Of a stretch of DNA of 64,000 nt, positions 21,500 through 32,700 are shown in pieces. The position numbers and the translations under genes were made by a program. Below the pieces are notes generated by a model. The model was given only the letters and a program-made list of their open reading frames with translations, had not been told where the DNA came from and did not search any database. This DNA comes from Cyanidioschyzon merolae (taxonomy: Eukaryota). The stretch lies in NCBI GenBank assembly GCA_000091205.1, contig AP006497.2; one strand, given 5' to 3'. The stretch's first letter is position 1. Each line of letters opens with the position of its first letter.

Positions 21500-22010
21500 T
21501 ACGACCCATCGGCAGATGCCTCCTCCAGGCCTTTTTCGACCGGCTCCTGCTATTCAGTTCATCTGCTCCGTGTAGACATCGATATTGAGAGGGTGCCTTA
21601 CAAAGGTAGAGGGCGTCAGCTCCGCGGGTCTCGTCTTCAGCACCGCACATCTGCTGATGTTGATAGCGGCGTTGAAGTCTCGGTTCAAGAATTCCAAGCG
21701 ATTATAGCATCTGGTGGAACTGATCAACGTAGGGGTTGCAAGAACTCGTGCCCTATGTGCCATTTGCTGCTCTTTCAGCTCTCTGAGGTTTTCAATCACC
21801 GAAGCGCTCCGCTGGATTTTGTCTTTCTCGACCTCCTGAAGTGTGCATCCCAGTTCATACCTTATTTTAAAATGAAAGCACTTGTTCATTTCCTTAGGTA
21901 AGGGCATTCCCGGGGCGAGAGGGACTTGCAGAAGAAAGACGAAACGTGCTCCAGCGTTACCGTGTGCTGAGCGCTTCAGCGATTCGCCCAGTGGAACGAT
22001 CGTTACGCCT
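21500..22010 (-). mobile_element. truncated TnpB/Fanzor-like remnant (copy B): C-terminal RuvC-III region plus conserved 3' flank
   Basis: ORF 21554..21907 gives ...NRLEFLNRDFNAAINISRCAVLKTRPAELTPSTFVRHPLNIDVYTEQMN. The upstream open frame adds ...KCFHFKIRYELGCTLQEVEKDKIQRS. The block is about 50% identical to the C-terminus of the long copy at 33946..35655. The shared 3' flank CCTTTTTCGACCGGCTCCTGC sits at 21527-21548. Confidence 0.6.
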
Positions 22011-23624
22011 CACGAACGGAAAGACTCCTTCAATGGCGTCGAGCCACGGTGTGTACGTAGTAATGAAATGCAACGCTACCTCGATAGAATTGGAAAAAGC
22101 TCGAACGCAAGGGGGATTTGTGAAACGCCACGTTGCCTATTGGAAGAACGTCTCCAGACATCAGTGTAAAAGCCTTCGATGGTTCGACGAAGTGTTTCGT
22201 GCTGTTGTATGAGCCTTCTGTACGAGCGAAATTTAATCCGCCACACATATCCACTGCTGCTAGAATAGAGAAGTTCGTCGTTCTCATCGAGTTCGATCGT
22301 ACGCATGGCAGGCTCCCTTTCCGCGAATACCCATATAGGCCCCGTTCTGTTCGCCCGAAGCAAGTCCCATCGACTGGAAAACAAACCGACGTCACTGTGC
22401 CTCGTATCGATGGTGACTTTCCAGGAACGCTTTCGTTGCGATTTCGGTGGATGATGGGTGTGAATAAACTAGGACTTTTTTTGTTACTGGATCGCAATGG
22501 TTCCAGGACCAGACGAAGAGGCGATTGAGAAACAGAGACGCTGCTCGCGGCTACTATTGTCGCACATGCATTCCGAACGGGATCAACGGGTCGTTTTTCT
22601 ATCATTGATAACAGTGAGTGTTTGAGAATATCGATTTTGGCGCGGAGTGTGTATCATTCGTTCTTTCAGGGCTCCTCAAAGATCAGAGCCCTGTGGTATG
22701 ACTGACCTGAACGGGGAATGCAGTACTCTTCGCACTGCTCTGGAAGGAATCCATCCGACATGCAAGTTGTCTACCATCTATAAGATACATTGCATACTGA
22801 TGCCGATCTCATGCTATAAACCGCAGCGAGGACCGTACAAAATAGCGTTGAAAGACTTTGAGTCCGATCATATTCCGTTTCCAGAGTCGTAGGAAGATAA
22901 ATACGGTGTCCATTGCTGTGCATTGCACCGAGTATCTCGCTTCCATGAAACGAATCAGAGTGAGCTGCAACTCCTACGTGTCGCCTGCTTGCTTGCTTGC
23001 TTGTTTGCGAGCCAATACGTATGTGCCACAGTGGAATGGTGCACCTTCGTGGCCACCTATGCATCGTATGACGTTCCGCAGCTAACGTGTATGCATCGCT
23101 GCAGACGCTTCGCGATGTCGAGCGACGGGATCGTACGGTGAAGGGATACCGGAGCATCCAGGGATGCAGCTCGCCCTCTCTACGACATATGGACGCGTTT
23201 CACGCACGCTGGAGGTCAACGTGCTTGAGTGACACTGTTTCTGGTTGATCCCTGCAGGCAGCGCAGCAGGAGGCTCAGCGTTTCTAGATCTAAACCAGGT
23301 CGAGTGCGAGCGGCACGATTAGAGAGCAGACCCTCCGTGGTGTGCGATACTCGCGTTCCGACGACTTGTGCTGCATAACGCTCCTCGAATACGTTCTCAG
23401 GTTACATCTTTAGTTTCGGTCCAGGTTGTACCAGCATTCGCCAAACTGTTGAAACTCGAAACTGATCTTTCGAAATCGCTGCGCTCGCCCGCATCGAGTC
23501 ACTTTCAGCCGGCCGAAACTTCACGACGGAGACCTAGTATTCTTCAGGGAGCCTCAATGCACCCACATTGTCATACGTTATTCACTTAACTGGCTAGAGT
23601 GACTATGGAAGAGCTGGTTCTGCA

Positions 23625-26072
23625 ATGTCGGAAAACGCTTCCACAAAACGACGACTGGAGTCACGGCGACACCGCAGCATTCCAGCAAGCTGCTGCATCC
23701 CAGGGCATTGCGGAGAGGTGCACGTCGTGGATCCTTTGCGTACACGTCGGGTACTGCACGTCATGTTCGCCACTGATTCGAAGGAGAATTCTAGGTTGAT
23801 TGTGAAAGGATTTGCTTCCTACATCTCCGAGGAGCGTCTACGAGCACACTTCTCAAGACTTGGTGATGTTACGGACGTGCGGGTTTCCCGGACGGCGAGC
23901 GGGCGCTCGCGGGAGTTTGGATTCGTCGGTTATCGAACACCTGCGGAGGCAGCAGCAGCCAAGGCATTTTTTGACCAAACGTTCCTAGATACTCGTCGCA
24001 TAACTGTAGAGTATGCACTTCCTCCGCGATCACCGGCGCTAGCCGAGAGGAAACGTTTTCATGCGGAGGTTTCTGTGGACAGGCGGCAAGCAGCAGCCAC
24101 CGCCCGTGCTGGCGAAAGAAGACCCCCAACGCTGACTGCAGCGGAGAACGAGCACCGCGGTGCAGAGGTGCACTCTACGAGTGACCACGCTGTCGAAACC
24201 GCTGGCAAAACCGGAACACTCGAGGGGGTACCTCGAGATCAGACAAGAACGAGTCAGACTTCGCTGTGGCATGCCGCACACGCGACCTGGGGTCAAGAAA
24301 CGAGCGAGTCGGAGCCACGTAAGGTGCACAGGCGACCGGAAACGACTCCGTCGCGTGGTCGTCAAGCTGCTGACGAGGGCAGCGCTGTCTTGCTCGCGGA
24401 CTCGCCTGATGATCAAGCGCTCTCGCGTACCGTTTCCCAAACGGAACCGCCGACCAGTGCGGTATCCGCCTCGTCTGCATCTTCAGGAGCAGAGCAGGTG
24501 TCTTCCCGTGCGGAATCGATGGCGTCCGCTTCTAAGGAATGGAAGTTGTGTCGGTCTAGTCGCATCTTTATTCGAAATCTGGGGTTTAACGTAACTTTCG
24601 AAGACCTGGAGAAGTTGCTTGAACCTTTCGGGGAACTCGAAGATGTCCATCTGGTTCGGGATCGGGAAAGCGGCCAGTCGCGCGGCTTTGGGTTTGCACG
24701 CTTCAAGACCGTAACCTCTGCGCAACAGGCAATGGACGCCTTGGACGGGTCAGTGTACCAGGGACGCCTTTTGCACATCATGCCATCCGAGGCAGACCGG
24801 TACGAACTGGATCAGAGGTCGTCTCTGGAAACCGAAGGCAAACGCAGAAGCTTTAGCGTGGAGCGCAAACGGCAGCGTCGTCGAGAAGCCGGCACCACAA
24901 AGGACACCATTTCGTGGAATCCGTTCTTCCTGGGAACTGATGGCGTTTTAGAGACGACCGCCGAGCGCTTTCAGATGTCCAAAGCGCGCTTTCTCGGTAC
25001 CGATGCGCTAGAAGGGGGGATTTCAGCCGCCGTGCGGCTCGCTGTTGCCGAGTCGAGTCTGCTGTACGAGGTTCGCGAGGCGCTCGCCGAAAGCGGAATC
25101 AACGTGCAAGCTTTGCTCGATGAACAAACTCGGCAGCGAAGGGCTTTAGATCGGAAACAGCTCTCCCGAACAACGATTATCCTGAAAAACCTTCCGGCGA
25201 GAACAACGTCTGCAGACCTAGGACCAAAGCTCGGTCGCTACGGTCAACTTGGACGATTGGTGGTCGCTCCCGGGGGCCTTATAGCATTCGCCGAGTTTCT
25301 CGACGAAAACCAGGCCAAGGCAGCATTTCGGGGGCTCGCTTACACGCGTTACGCTGATCTGCCGCTCTATCTCGAGTGGGCACCTCGCGGCATCTGGGCC
25401 GACCCAACACCTCCCAATGGAGACGATATCGCCGAAGCATCGCCCAAAGCTTATGCTTCTGTTGACGACTCTGGATCAGGTTCCGAAGAACCGCCTCCGA
25501 ATTGGTCCCAAACTTCGCTTCTGATTCGTAATTTGAGCCTTGACACGACAAGTGGCATGCTAGTCGAGCATCTCGAGTCCTTGGGCGTGCGACCTCGAAT
25601 CGTGCGCATACCGCTGGATGAGGAGACCCCCAGTATGGATTCCCGGAGTCCAAACATTCCATCGAAATACGCTTTCGCGGAATTTGCAACTTGCAAAGAG
25701 GCCTGGCGCGCTCTTCATATCCTGGATGGATCGGCGCTGCGGGGCCACAGACTCTCCGCTGCGCCCAGCGAAAAGCACGTCACGAGTCGAGTGGCGGCCT
25801 CGGAGACCGCGGTTGTCCCCGAGGCTGGCAACGAAACCAAACTTATCATCAAAAACATTGCTTTTGAAGCGAGCAAACGGGAGCTACATCAGCTATTCAG
25901 TTCCTTCGGCCATGTGAAGTCGCTTCGACTACCAAAGAAAGTCGATGGCAGTGGACGAGGATTCTGCTTTGTGGAGTACGCAACGCCTCAAGAAACAGCC
26001 CGGGCCACAGCACTCGTCCAGGGCACTCATTTCTATGGAAGGAAACTCGTAGTCGAATACTCCCATCTTTGA
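23625..26072 (+). CDS. MRD1: multiple RNA-binding domain protein MRD1/RBM19 (pre-rRNA processing), five RRMs
   Basis: Five RRM domains are present: SRLIVKGFASYISEERLRAHFSRLGDVTDVRV; RIFIRNLGFNVTFEDLEKLLEPFGELEDVHLVRDRESGQSRGFGFARF; TIILKNLP...; SLLIRNLSLD...; KLIIKNIAFEASKRELHQLFSSFGHVKSLRLPKK..GRGFCFVEY. The likely true start is the internal Met near 23763 (MFATDSKENSRLIVKG). Confidence 0.85.
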   Translation: MSENASTKRRLESRRHRSIPASCCIPGHCGEVHVVDPLRTRRVLHVMFATDSKENSRLIVKGFASYISEERLRAHFSRLGDVTDVRVSRTASGRSREFGFVGYRTPAEAAAAKAFFDQTFLDTRRITVEYALPPRSPALAERKRFHAEVSVDRRQAAATARAGERRPPTLTAAENEHRGAEVHSTSDHAVETAGKTGTLEGVPRDQTRTSQTSLWHAAHATWGQETSESEPRKVHRRPETTPSRGRQAADEGSAVLLADSPDDQALSRTVSQTEPPTSAVSASSASSGAEQVSSRAESMASASKEWKLCRSSRIFIRNLGFNVTFEDLEKLLEPFGELEDVHLVRDRESGQSRGFGFARFKTVTSAQQAMDALDGSVYQGRLLHIMPSEADRYELDQRSSLETEGKRRSFSVERKRQRRREAGTTKDTISWNPFFLGTDGVLETTAERFQMSKARFLGTDALEGGISAAVRLAVAESSLLYEVREALAESGINVQALLDEQTRQRRALDRKQLSRTTIILKNLPARTTSADLGPKLGRYGQLGRLVVAPGGLIAFAEFLDENQAKAAFRGLAYTRYADLPLYLEWAPRGIWADPTPPNGDDIAEASPKAYASVDDSGSGSEEPPPNWSQTSLLIRNLSLDTTSGMLVEHLESLGVRPRIVRIPLDEETPSMDSRSPNIPSKYAFAEFATCKEAWRALHILDGSALRGHRLSAAPSEKHVTSRVAASETAVVPEAGNETKLIIKNIAFEASKRELHQLFSSFGHVKSLRLPKKVDGSGRGFCFVEYATPQETARATALVQGTHFYGRKLVVEYSHL

Positions 26073-26972
26073 AAGAAACCATCCCACAAAACAAAATGAC
26101 GACTTTGGCAGCGGGAGCGACTCGTTGGCAAGGATGCGCACTTGTTCCGCGTGTTTGCCGCTCGATGCCGGGCCTTTGCACACAAGCGGCGCCTCGGGCT
26201 GAGGCCGTGACCGCCGCACCACCACGATGGGACTCCATCTCTAGTCCAGACGATCCTAGGCGTGGTCTGCGCTCCCTTTGGCTGGTGTGATAATGTGCAT
26301 TCAATGTCCAGTAGATGAGGATTATCGCAGAGAGACGTGAAACACGCTCCAGTTCGCTGGCCATGCATTTCAGCGGCAGTCTCGACAGCGCCGCTGGAGC
26401 GCCCGACAAGACCCTAATCTTCATGATAGCGGTAGGCACAGATGATACGGGTAGTATTCGCAGCGTTCTTGGCTTGTCTGCGGATACCCCAGAAGTGCAC
26501 GAGCGACTCGGACGCACAACAGGGACACGCAGTCCAAAATGCATGTCCAAGCCTGTTTCCTGCAGCGACGCAGACGCTCCCAGCAACAGCATCGTCGTTG
26601 TGTGCGATCCGCGACTCCAAAACCGAGAACCGCTGCTGGAGTTCACTTTTCGGCCATTTGCCTGTGATATGGTGCTGGTCCGGTACCCGACGTCAGTTCT
26701 GAATCGTGGTGAGCACTGCGTTTCCAGCTTTGAGGCGAGTACCAGGAAACAGGCTCGGCGCCAGCACAGGCGTTTACCTTGCCTGCTCTTTCTGGTACTG
26801 TTCAGTATCCGACTTGTGCCAGTTCCTACAAAGTCAGCGTGTAAACACTGAAGAACGAAGAACGAACGTGCTGCTGGTGCTCGTGTCGCCAGAGAGTCCA
26901 GAAGACCTGCCGAGTCGCCCACGTCAGCTGGTGCCTGCTGGTGCCCGCTGTCCAGACGACCAGGGGCGCGCG

Positions 26973-27245
26973 CTACGAGTCTCCCGGTTCGGCAGCGTTG
27001 ACCTCCTCTATGGTGTCTATCCAGTCCGAGTAGACATCCACCGGCTCGCTCAAGCTGTTTATAGCGCACTGATAACTGGCCCCGCACACGCCACACTCTA
27101 AACGCCCGCGCATGGGCACCGTGCTTCGGTCCAGGAGCACCTCCACGGCTTTCGGTTGGTTGCAGAACGGACAGTCGAACCGCTTGTCCAGCTTTGGCTG
27201 AACTCGCTTCACTACTGGTTTCGATGACTTTTTGCGCTTACCCAT
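26973..27245 (-). CDS. ELOF1: transcription elongation factor 1 homolog (ELOF1/Elf1), zinc-ribbon
   Basis: MGKRKKSSKPVVKRVQPKLDKRFDCPFCNQPKAVEVLLDR...GRLECGVCGASYQCAINSLSEPVDVYSDWIDTIEEVN is a near-perfect match to the ELOF1 family (FTCPFCNH...CxVC...ITYLSEPVDVYSDWIDACE). Confidence 0.85.
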   Translation of the reverse strand: MGKRKKSSKPVVKRVQPKLDKRFDCPFCNQPKAVEVLLDRSTVPMRGRLECGVCGASYQCAINSLSEPVDVYSDWIDTIEEVNAAEPGDS

Positions 27246-28030
27246 GGAGTGGTCCAGCGGACATCCACGTCAGCGACCAGCACCTGCGACACAGCAGCGC
27301 TCGTACGGTCAACGTGGTGCGGCACGACGCACCAGGCAGCCGCGAGAGGTACGGCGTCATTCGCGTGCGAAACTGTTGCGAGGCTGCTCCACATGAGCGT
27401 CTACAGGGCGCACCATACAACAGATGACGGAACACGCAAATATATTCGGAAGCGATCGTTTTGGGTCCTGAGGAACCGCCCAACCTCTCTGCATCAAGTC
27501 CTTGTCGAGGTAAGCGTGCTGTTCTATCGACAAAATCCGGCGATTGTCCAACTGTATCGACTCTGTTGCAGGGCCTGCGCGGCCTATCGGCACTGCCGCC
27601 CCCTGGTGATGCGTCCACGGAGGTAGCGTCCAGCATGCAAGGTTATTTCGGTCTGTAGCTTTCCGCGGCAACGATCCCACTCGGTGACTACAGTCGTCGA
27701 ATGGCGACACCTTCCCTGCTTCACGTGCGAGGCGCACTCCAGAGCATAACACCCGCATTCCTCCATAGCGTTGCCCGCTGCGAACGTTTGGCGTTCCGGG
27801 GATTACGCTGACCCTCGCAGCGTATCGATCCCCTGGGGTCGATTCATTCGGAGCTGCGCAGCAGTCCTCGAGTTCAACGCGCTGCCTGGAAAAGCTCAGT
27901 ACGGTGGTAGCGGATCAAGTTGCTATTGACGCCGGCGCACGGCACCCGGAGAGCATGAACCAGTCATCCATCCTGTTCTGTCGTAGCTGACGAACCCAGA
28001 TAACGGCGATTTGATGCTCGTAGTCGACGC

Positions 28031-28885
28031 TTGAAAGGTTGCATCCTCCGCAATGAAGAGCGCCGTCTAATGCCCGGTGCAGGGCGCGATGCATCACATC
28101 CAGGGACAACGAGTTCTGCTTCGAGCCGCCTCTCTCATGCGGGTTGCGCAACGGAGGGATCCCGCCAGGCCCCATGTACCTCGAGTGCTGCTCACCGTGT
28201 GATGGGCGACCACCTGGAGGCGTTCGGTCGTCGAGCTCTTCAGGCTTTTTGCACCCCGGCAGCGTTCTGGACGAGCCACCGCAGTCAGACGCGGCGTTGC
28301 GAGCGACCGCGCCCACAACGTTGCCTTCGACGGTGCCAGAGGCGCGAGCAGCAGTGGTGCCGTGTTTCCCCGGGAAGGTGTCTCCGGCTCGAGTTGGCTC
28401 AGAGGGAAACCGTAGAAAAACGGAATGAATCGTCTTTAGCACGTGTTGTATTCCGATATTTTGATCAGTGGAACAAGCGGGAAATCGCGGGTATCATTCC
28501 GCTCTTTGCTCCGGACGTGTTCTATGAGGACGCGCTTTATCCCAGAGCGCTTCACGGGCGAGAAGCGCTTGCTGAGCACCTCACTAAAGTAGCTCGTGTC
28601 TTACCACCTCAACTAGAGTTTGTAATCGATGACGTTTGCGAGGATCTCGAACGCGGCAAATGTGCCGTTCGGTTCCACCTCGAAGATCGTCGTACGGGGA
28701 AGCAGGTTCCCTTTTCGCGCGGGACTTCGTTTTTCACCGCAAAAAGAGCTCCGGACGCTCCTGAAGGCTGGTTGCTGACCTCGGGATGGGATCTGCCGGA
28801 ACCCCTCATCAAGGCAGGGAACGTTCTGCTCGCCATGGCTGGTATTGCTGCGCGTATTCTCGGGCTCTTTCGGCGGAGAACCTGA
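28031..28885 (+). CDS. NTF2-like/SnoaL-like (ketosteroid-isomerase fold) domain protein with long basic N-terminal extension
   Basis: The C-terminal ~130 aa (ARVVFRYFDQWNKREIAGIIPLFAPDVFYEDALYPRALHGREALAEHLTKV...FVIDDVCEDLERGKCAVRFHLED...GTSFF) has the SnoaL-like polyketide-cyclase pattern. The N-terminal ~150 aa are Arg/Ser-rich, so the start is uncertain. A 40-bp direct repeat straddles the stop (28803-28842 and 28907-28946). Confidence 0.5.
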   Translation: MKGCILRNEERRLMPGAGRDASHPGTTSSASSRLSHAGCATEGSRQAPCTSSAAHRVMGDHLEAFGRRALQAFCTPAAFWTSHRSQTRRCERPRPQRCLRRCQRREQQWCRVSPGRCLRLELAQRETVEKRNESSLARVVFRYFDQWNKREIAGIIPLFAPDVFYEDALYPRALHGREALAEHLTKVARVLPPQLEFVIDDVCEDLERGKCAVRFHLEDRRTGKQVPFSRGTSFFTAKRAPDAPEGWLLTSGWDLPEPLIKAGNVLLAMAGIAARILGLFRRRT

Positions 28886-29760
28886 GACACGAGAGCTGGG
28901 TACTGCCAAGGCAGGGAACGTGCCGCTCGCCATGGCTGGGAATGCTGTGCATGAGTTTGAGCTTTTGTCAGGTAGAGGACCTGATGCATGTTGGCAAGAT
29001 ACTGCGCTTCTGCACAGATCTCAGGGCGTGCGCCTCTGCTTGTTAGAAGTTGTCTACGCAGCCGTGTTATCCCTGAACACAGGACGCAGCATCTCAGAGG
29101 CCGCAAGTATGTGCTTGAACGTGGTGCCGGCTTGGCATGCGGCTCCTCGAAATGTTTTTTCTTCGGTATGAAGGGTGCGGCTCCTGGGTGCAACGAGAAA
29201 TTTCTTTTACATACAGCTCGCGAAGCCTGATCACGCTGCACATGATCCCGAGGTACCCTGAGCACCGAGCCTTGTCTTCTTTTCTCACGCCATGTGCATG
29301 CTGCTGTTCCGTCTTGTGCACGCTTCACGAAAGCAGCGGGTCCCAGAGTCGCAACCCCCTCGCTATCCGCCGAAGCAGCAGCGCTGAACCTGCCGCAACC
29401 TGCATGATACAGATCCCATACGAAAGCTCGTTTCATACAGTTTCTGATGCGCCGCCTCTCGATCGAGCAGCGCGAAATGAGAGGTACCTGCCACTAACGC
29501 CACCACCGCTGATCCAGCAACCCGTCTGTCGTAAAGAAACCCTCTTCCAGGCACCGTGTATGCCGTAGTAACGGAGCGTGCGCGCGCGCTGTGAACACGC
29601 CCATCGCGCCGTCGAGATGCAGACGCACCAGCGCGATGGCGCGCAATCGCGGAGTACGCCCCAGCGGTGCCGCATAGAGTGAATCACGAGTCCGTTGATA
29701 AACGTCACTTTTTGCGACTGGTGGTACTGGTGTCTCGAGCCAGCAAAGTGTGACTGAAAC

Positions 29761-30759
29761 ATGAACCTTACGCTTCTGAAACGCATCATCTATACCCTAG
29801 TTTACAGACCGCTTGGTTTTCTCTATCTTTTCTTTGGTGTGTTTTACGGGCGGTTTGTGCTTCCGAAACAACCTGCGTTGACGTTACTGCGGCCGTACGT
29901 TGACGACCGGACGGTCGTCGTCGTGACCGGCTGCAACGTTGGCATCGGCTATGAGGTCGCGCTTGCGCTTTCAAAGGCTGGTGCGACAGTGTTTATTTGC
30001 TGTCGCACGGAAGAAAAATGTAGTGAGACTATCAGGCGGATCAAGCAGCAAGGGGGGCGCGGGCAGCTCAAGCCTATCAAACTTGAGCTGTCCTCGTTCG
30101 CATCCGTCCGCGCTGCTGCCGATGCGATTAACGCGCAAACAGCCTACATTGATTTTCTTGTGTTAAACTCGGGTGTGATGAACATTCCGAAGCTGGAATT
30201 TTCGGCCGACGGCTACGAGATGCACTTTGCGGTGAACCACCTCGGACACTACCTCCTAACCAGACGCCTGGTTGCTAAAGTGCGAAAAGGCATCGTCGTT
30301 GTTAGCTCTGATGGACATATCATGGGCGCTACTGATGCGATTGATGATATAAACTGGGATCGACGTGGACGGGAGAACTATGACGGCATGGTCGCGTATG
30401 CGGACACGAAAATGGCGAATGTTTTGTTTGCTGCTGAATGCAATCGGCGGTACCCTTCGATCCGCACTGTTGCGGTACACCCCGGCGCAGTACTGACCGA
30501 GCTCATTCGATATTCCGTGAAACCGGAGGCACAGACGCGTCTTCGCCAAATTCTCAAGTATATTTTTCGAACACCTGCGGAGGGAGCACTCGTCGTGGTG
30601 GCAGCGCTTGTGGCTACCGCCGTGCCTTGCGCCGGAAAGCGTGCGCCTCTTTTCTACCGCGACGGCCGGCCGAGCTGGGCAGTTGCGGAAAACGATGTTG
30701 CTGCAGCGCAGCATCTCTGGGACGAGAGCGAGCGCATCGTCCGCAACTACCTCACCTAG
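29761..30759 (+). CDS. short-chain dehydrogenase/reductase (retinol-dehydrogenase/WWOX-like SDR) with N-terminal membrane anchor
   Basis: VVVTGCNVGIGYEVALAL is the TGxxxGIG cofactor motif. NSGVM, VVSSDGH and the YADTKMANVLFAAE active-site YxxxK follow, then VAVHPGAVLTEL. A hydrophobic N-terminal helix is present. Confidence 0.85.
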   Translation: MNLTLLKRIIYTLVYRPLGFLYLFFGVFYGRFVLPKQPALTLLRPYVDDRTVVVVTGCNVGIGYEVALALSKAGATVFICCRTEEKCSETIRRIKQQGGRGQLKPIKLELSSFASVRAAADAINAQTAYIDFLVLNSGVMNIPKLEFSADGYEMHFAVNHLGHYLLTRRLVAKVRKGIVVVSSDGHIMGATDAIDDINWDRRGRENYDGMVAYADTKMANVLFAAECNRRYPSIRTVAVHPGAVLTELIRYSVKPEAQTRLRQILKYIFRTPAEGALVVVAALVATAVPCAGKRAPLFYRDGRPSWAVAENDVAAAQHLWDESERIVRNYLT

Positions 30760-30871
30760 ATTTGAATAGAAGCAACTTGTGCGGGAATATTTTTAGCATG
30801 ACAAGAAAAAAGGGATATTCAAGGCGTTGGAGCGGAATCTCGGCCTGTTTTGATGGAAGATCCGTAACAAG

Positions 30872-30895
30872 ACCGTCGTCGTCGTCGTCGTCGTC
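30872..30895. repeat. (GTC)n trinucleotide repeat, about 8 units
   Basis: gtcgtcgtcgtcgtcgtcgtcgtc read directly from the sequence. Confidence 0.8.
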
Positions 30896-31102
30896 GAATG
30901 CGAGCAAGGTCCGCAATTGTCATGGATGAAAACCTGCTCGACCATTTTTCCTGCTCGTGCCGTAAACTAAAAAAATCGAGAGTGCTCTGGATCGTGCGTT
31001 TCCAGGACGATTCCGCAACCTTCACAAGGCACGTGGCGTCGCCGATGTGGATCGTGCCCTGCACGGCCAACGGCATACGTGGTCTCCGAGATGCTCCGAA
31101 TA

Positions 31103-31633
31103 TTAAAAGAGGTTGCACAGACCGAAAACGCATCCCCAAGCGAGGCCCATGCCAGCACCCCAACCCATGCCCCGAACACATGCGTTGCAAATGCCCTGAG
31201 AGACCTCTGATCGAGAATGCGACGGTGGTACCTGGCCAGTCGCCGTTTGATCGTCGTACTGGTATCGTGTGGGCTGCGCGGCCTCGCCTGCCCTGTTGCC
31301 CGGATAAATGGGTGCACCAGTTGGTCGGTAGACTGGAGGCAGAGGCGCGTACGGTGTGCTTTCTGTATAGTAGTAGTAAGCCCCAGGTGGCGGCTGAACG
31401 CCGGGCTTTCCGTCAAACTTTGCTGGCTCAGGCTCGGCGGCTTCTTCAGCATAAGCACCTTTAACCTCCTTTTGGGCCGAGAAACTCTGGGCCGGTTGCA
31501 CCGCAAAGTCCGGGCGTGTTACAGGAGCGCTCGTTGTATCTGGAGCGCTCCCAGCAGCAACCGCAGCATAGCTTGTCGCCGGCCTGTCGGGGTGGTAGTA
31601 GTAGTATGACATAGACCTATTTGAGTCTGACAC
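31103..31633 (-). CDS. Tyr/Pro-rich small protein with C-terminal Gly/Cys-rich hydrophobic tail (CYSTM-like, tentative)
   Basis: 176-aa ORF. The N-terminus is rich in Y, P and Q (MSYYYYHPD..., PPPGAYYYY, PLPPVYRPTGAPIYPG). The C-terminus GMGWGAGMGLAWGCVFGLCNLF resembles the CYSTM module GCLAALCCCCLLDxCF. Overlapping antisense ORFs lower the certainty. Confidence 0.35.
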   Translation of the reverse strand: MSDSNRSMSYYYYHPDRPATSYAAVAAGSAPDTTSAPVTRPDFAVQPAQSFSAQKEVKGAYAEEAAEPEPAKFDGKPGVQPPPGAYYYYTESTPYAPLPPVYRPTGAPIYPGNRAGEAAQPTRYQYDDQTATGQVPPSHSRSEVSQGICNACVRGMGWGAGMGLAWGCVFGLCNLF

Positions 31634-32106
31634 GGTTGAAAATATCTAGCTCTTTCTCGTGCACGCTAGTTTGAGCGCTGTGTGGCGTCTGGAACTGTTG
31701 CGCCCAGCTCAAGGAAACGCACAAGTGTTACAGTCGGATTCGTTGGCACAGTTCGACTATAAGAAGCCCAGCTGTAGGCGGAGGTTTCCTTCGCTGAGGC
31801 GTTCACGCACTGAACGAGTGTCAACGTTCAGCGCGCAAACTTTTCCTAGGGCTATTTTTTCTCAAACACGCGAAGCTTCGATGGCGCCAGAATGTCGACG
31901 CTAGCCAACCGCGTATCTGTATCGTCAACGTGCTTGTTCCGCTTACGTCTTCGCGTTGAAAGAGCATTCGACATAAAACGAAGATTCGACGACGGAATTC
32001 GGGAGCGTCCGCGGGAGACACGCGGTCGGGCGTCGTGTCCAATTTGGGCCGTGCCTCACGCGCAACGTGTCCGGCGGATACAGACATGCGCGCGCACGCA
32101 CGCACG

Positions 32107-32122
32107 CGCCGGCCGGCGCGCC
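32107..32122. repeat. 16-bp perfect GC palindrome (CGCGCCGGCCGGCGCG) inside an (ACGC)n-like GC tract
   Basis: Read directly. It lies at the left boundary of the lower-GC block that holds the TnpB/Fanzor-like copies. Confidence 0.6.
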
Positions 32123-32425
32123 TGCGAGCTAACTACGTCATCGTCATGCACCGCAACTGGATTCCATAGACAGGCGCGTGTCATCTCATGCTCTTTCGAG
32201 GTGTAAGGCAGACGCGTTCGATTGCGTCTATTTAAAGTAATATAAAATCCAAGGTATGGAGATGAAAGTCGGGGATCCTGGCGGACCGTCATCGCCGGGC
32301 GCCCGGAAAAACGAAAAAGTCCTCTTCTCGCCTGTCATCGAGCGAAGAAGCGCAAGTGACGTAGATGAAGAAGAGTGGAGATAGTCAAGAAAAGGTGCTT
32401 GATCCACGAGACGATGACGAGACTG

Positions 32426-32700
32426 TAGTGGCACAGAGGGCACGAGTTCAATGAGCCCCTGCGATCATGGGTTCAACCACCGGCAATGTACGCGAAGAAT
32501 TTCGTGAACCGTGACCCCAACGCCGCCATGAATATAACACGACGTGTGGTGCTGGACACGAGTCCCGCGGAGCTGAGGCACTCTAGTTTTGTGAGGAAAC
32601 CGCTCAAGGTCGAATTGTGCAAGAAGAAGTAGAAACCAGTAGCAGGTGACCGGTCAAAAAAAGGCGGGGCGGTGTCGGCGAGTGGGTATGCGTACCCCGC
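32426..32700 (+). mobile_element. truncated TnpB/Fanzor-like remnant (copy C): RuvC-III region plus conserved 3' flank
   Basis: Plus-strand frame gives ...AMYAKNFVNRDPNAAMNITRRVVLDTSPAELRHSSFVRKPLKVELCKKK* (stop near 32630). This is colinear with copies A and B. The 3' flank GCAGGTGACCGGTCAAAAAAAGGCGG at 32641-32670 matches the flanks of A and B. Confidence 0.55.

Noticed and set aside
25897-27096. 399-aa ORF on the minus strand
   Set aside because: It is antisense to the well-supported MRD1 3' end and overlaps ELOF1 in another frame. Its Arg/Gly/Ser-rich composition is typical of spurious GC-rich ORFs.
32256-32384. Short ORF MEMKVGDPGGPSSPG... as an N-terminal RuvC-I (GxDPG) remnant belonging to copy C
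   Set aside because: The resemblance is limited to a GDPGG pentapeptide. It is too short to distinguish from chance, so it is mentioned only as a possibility.
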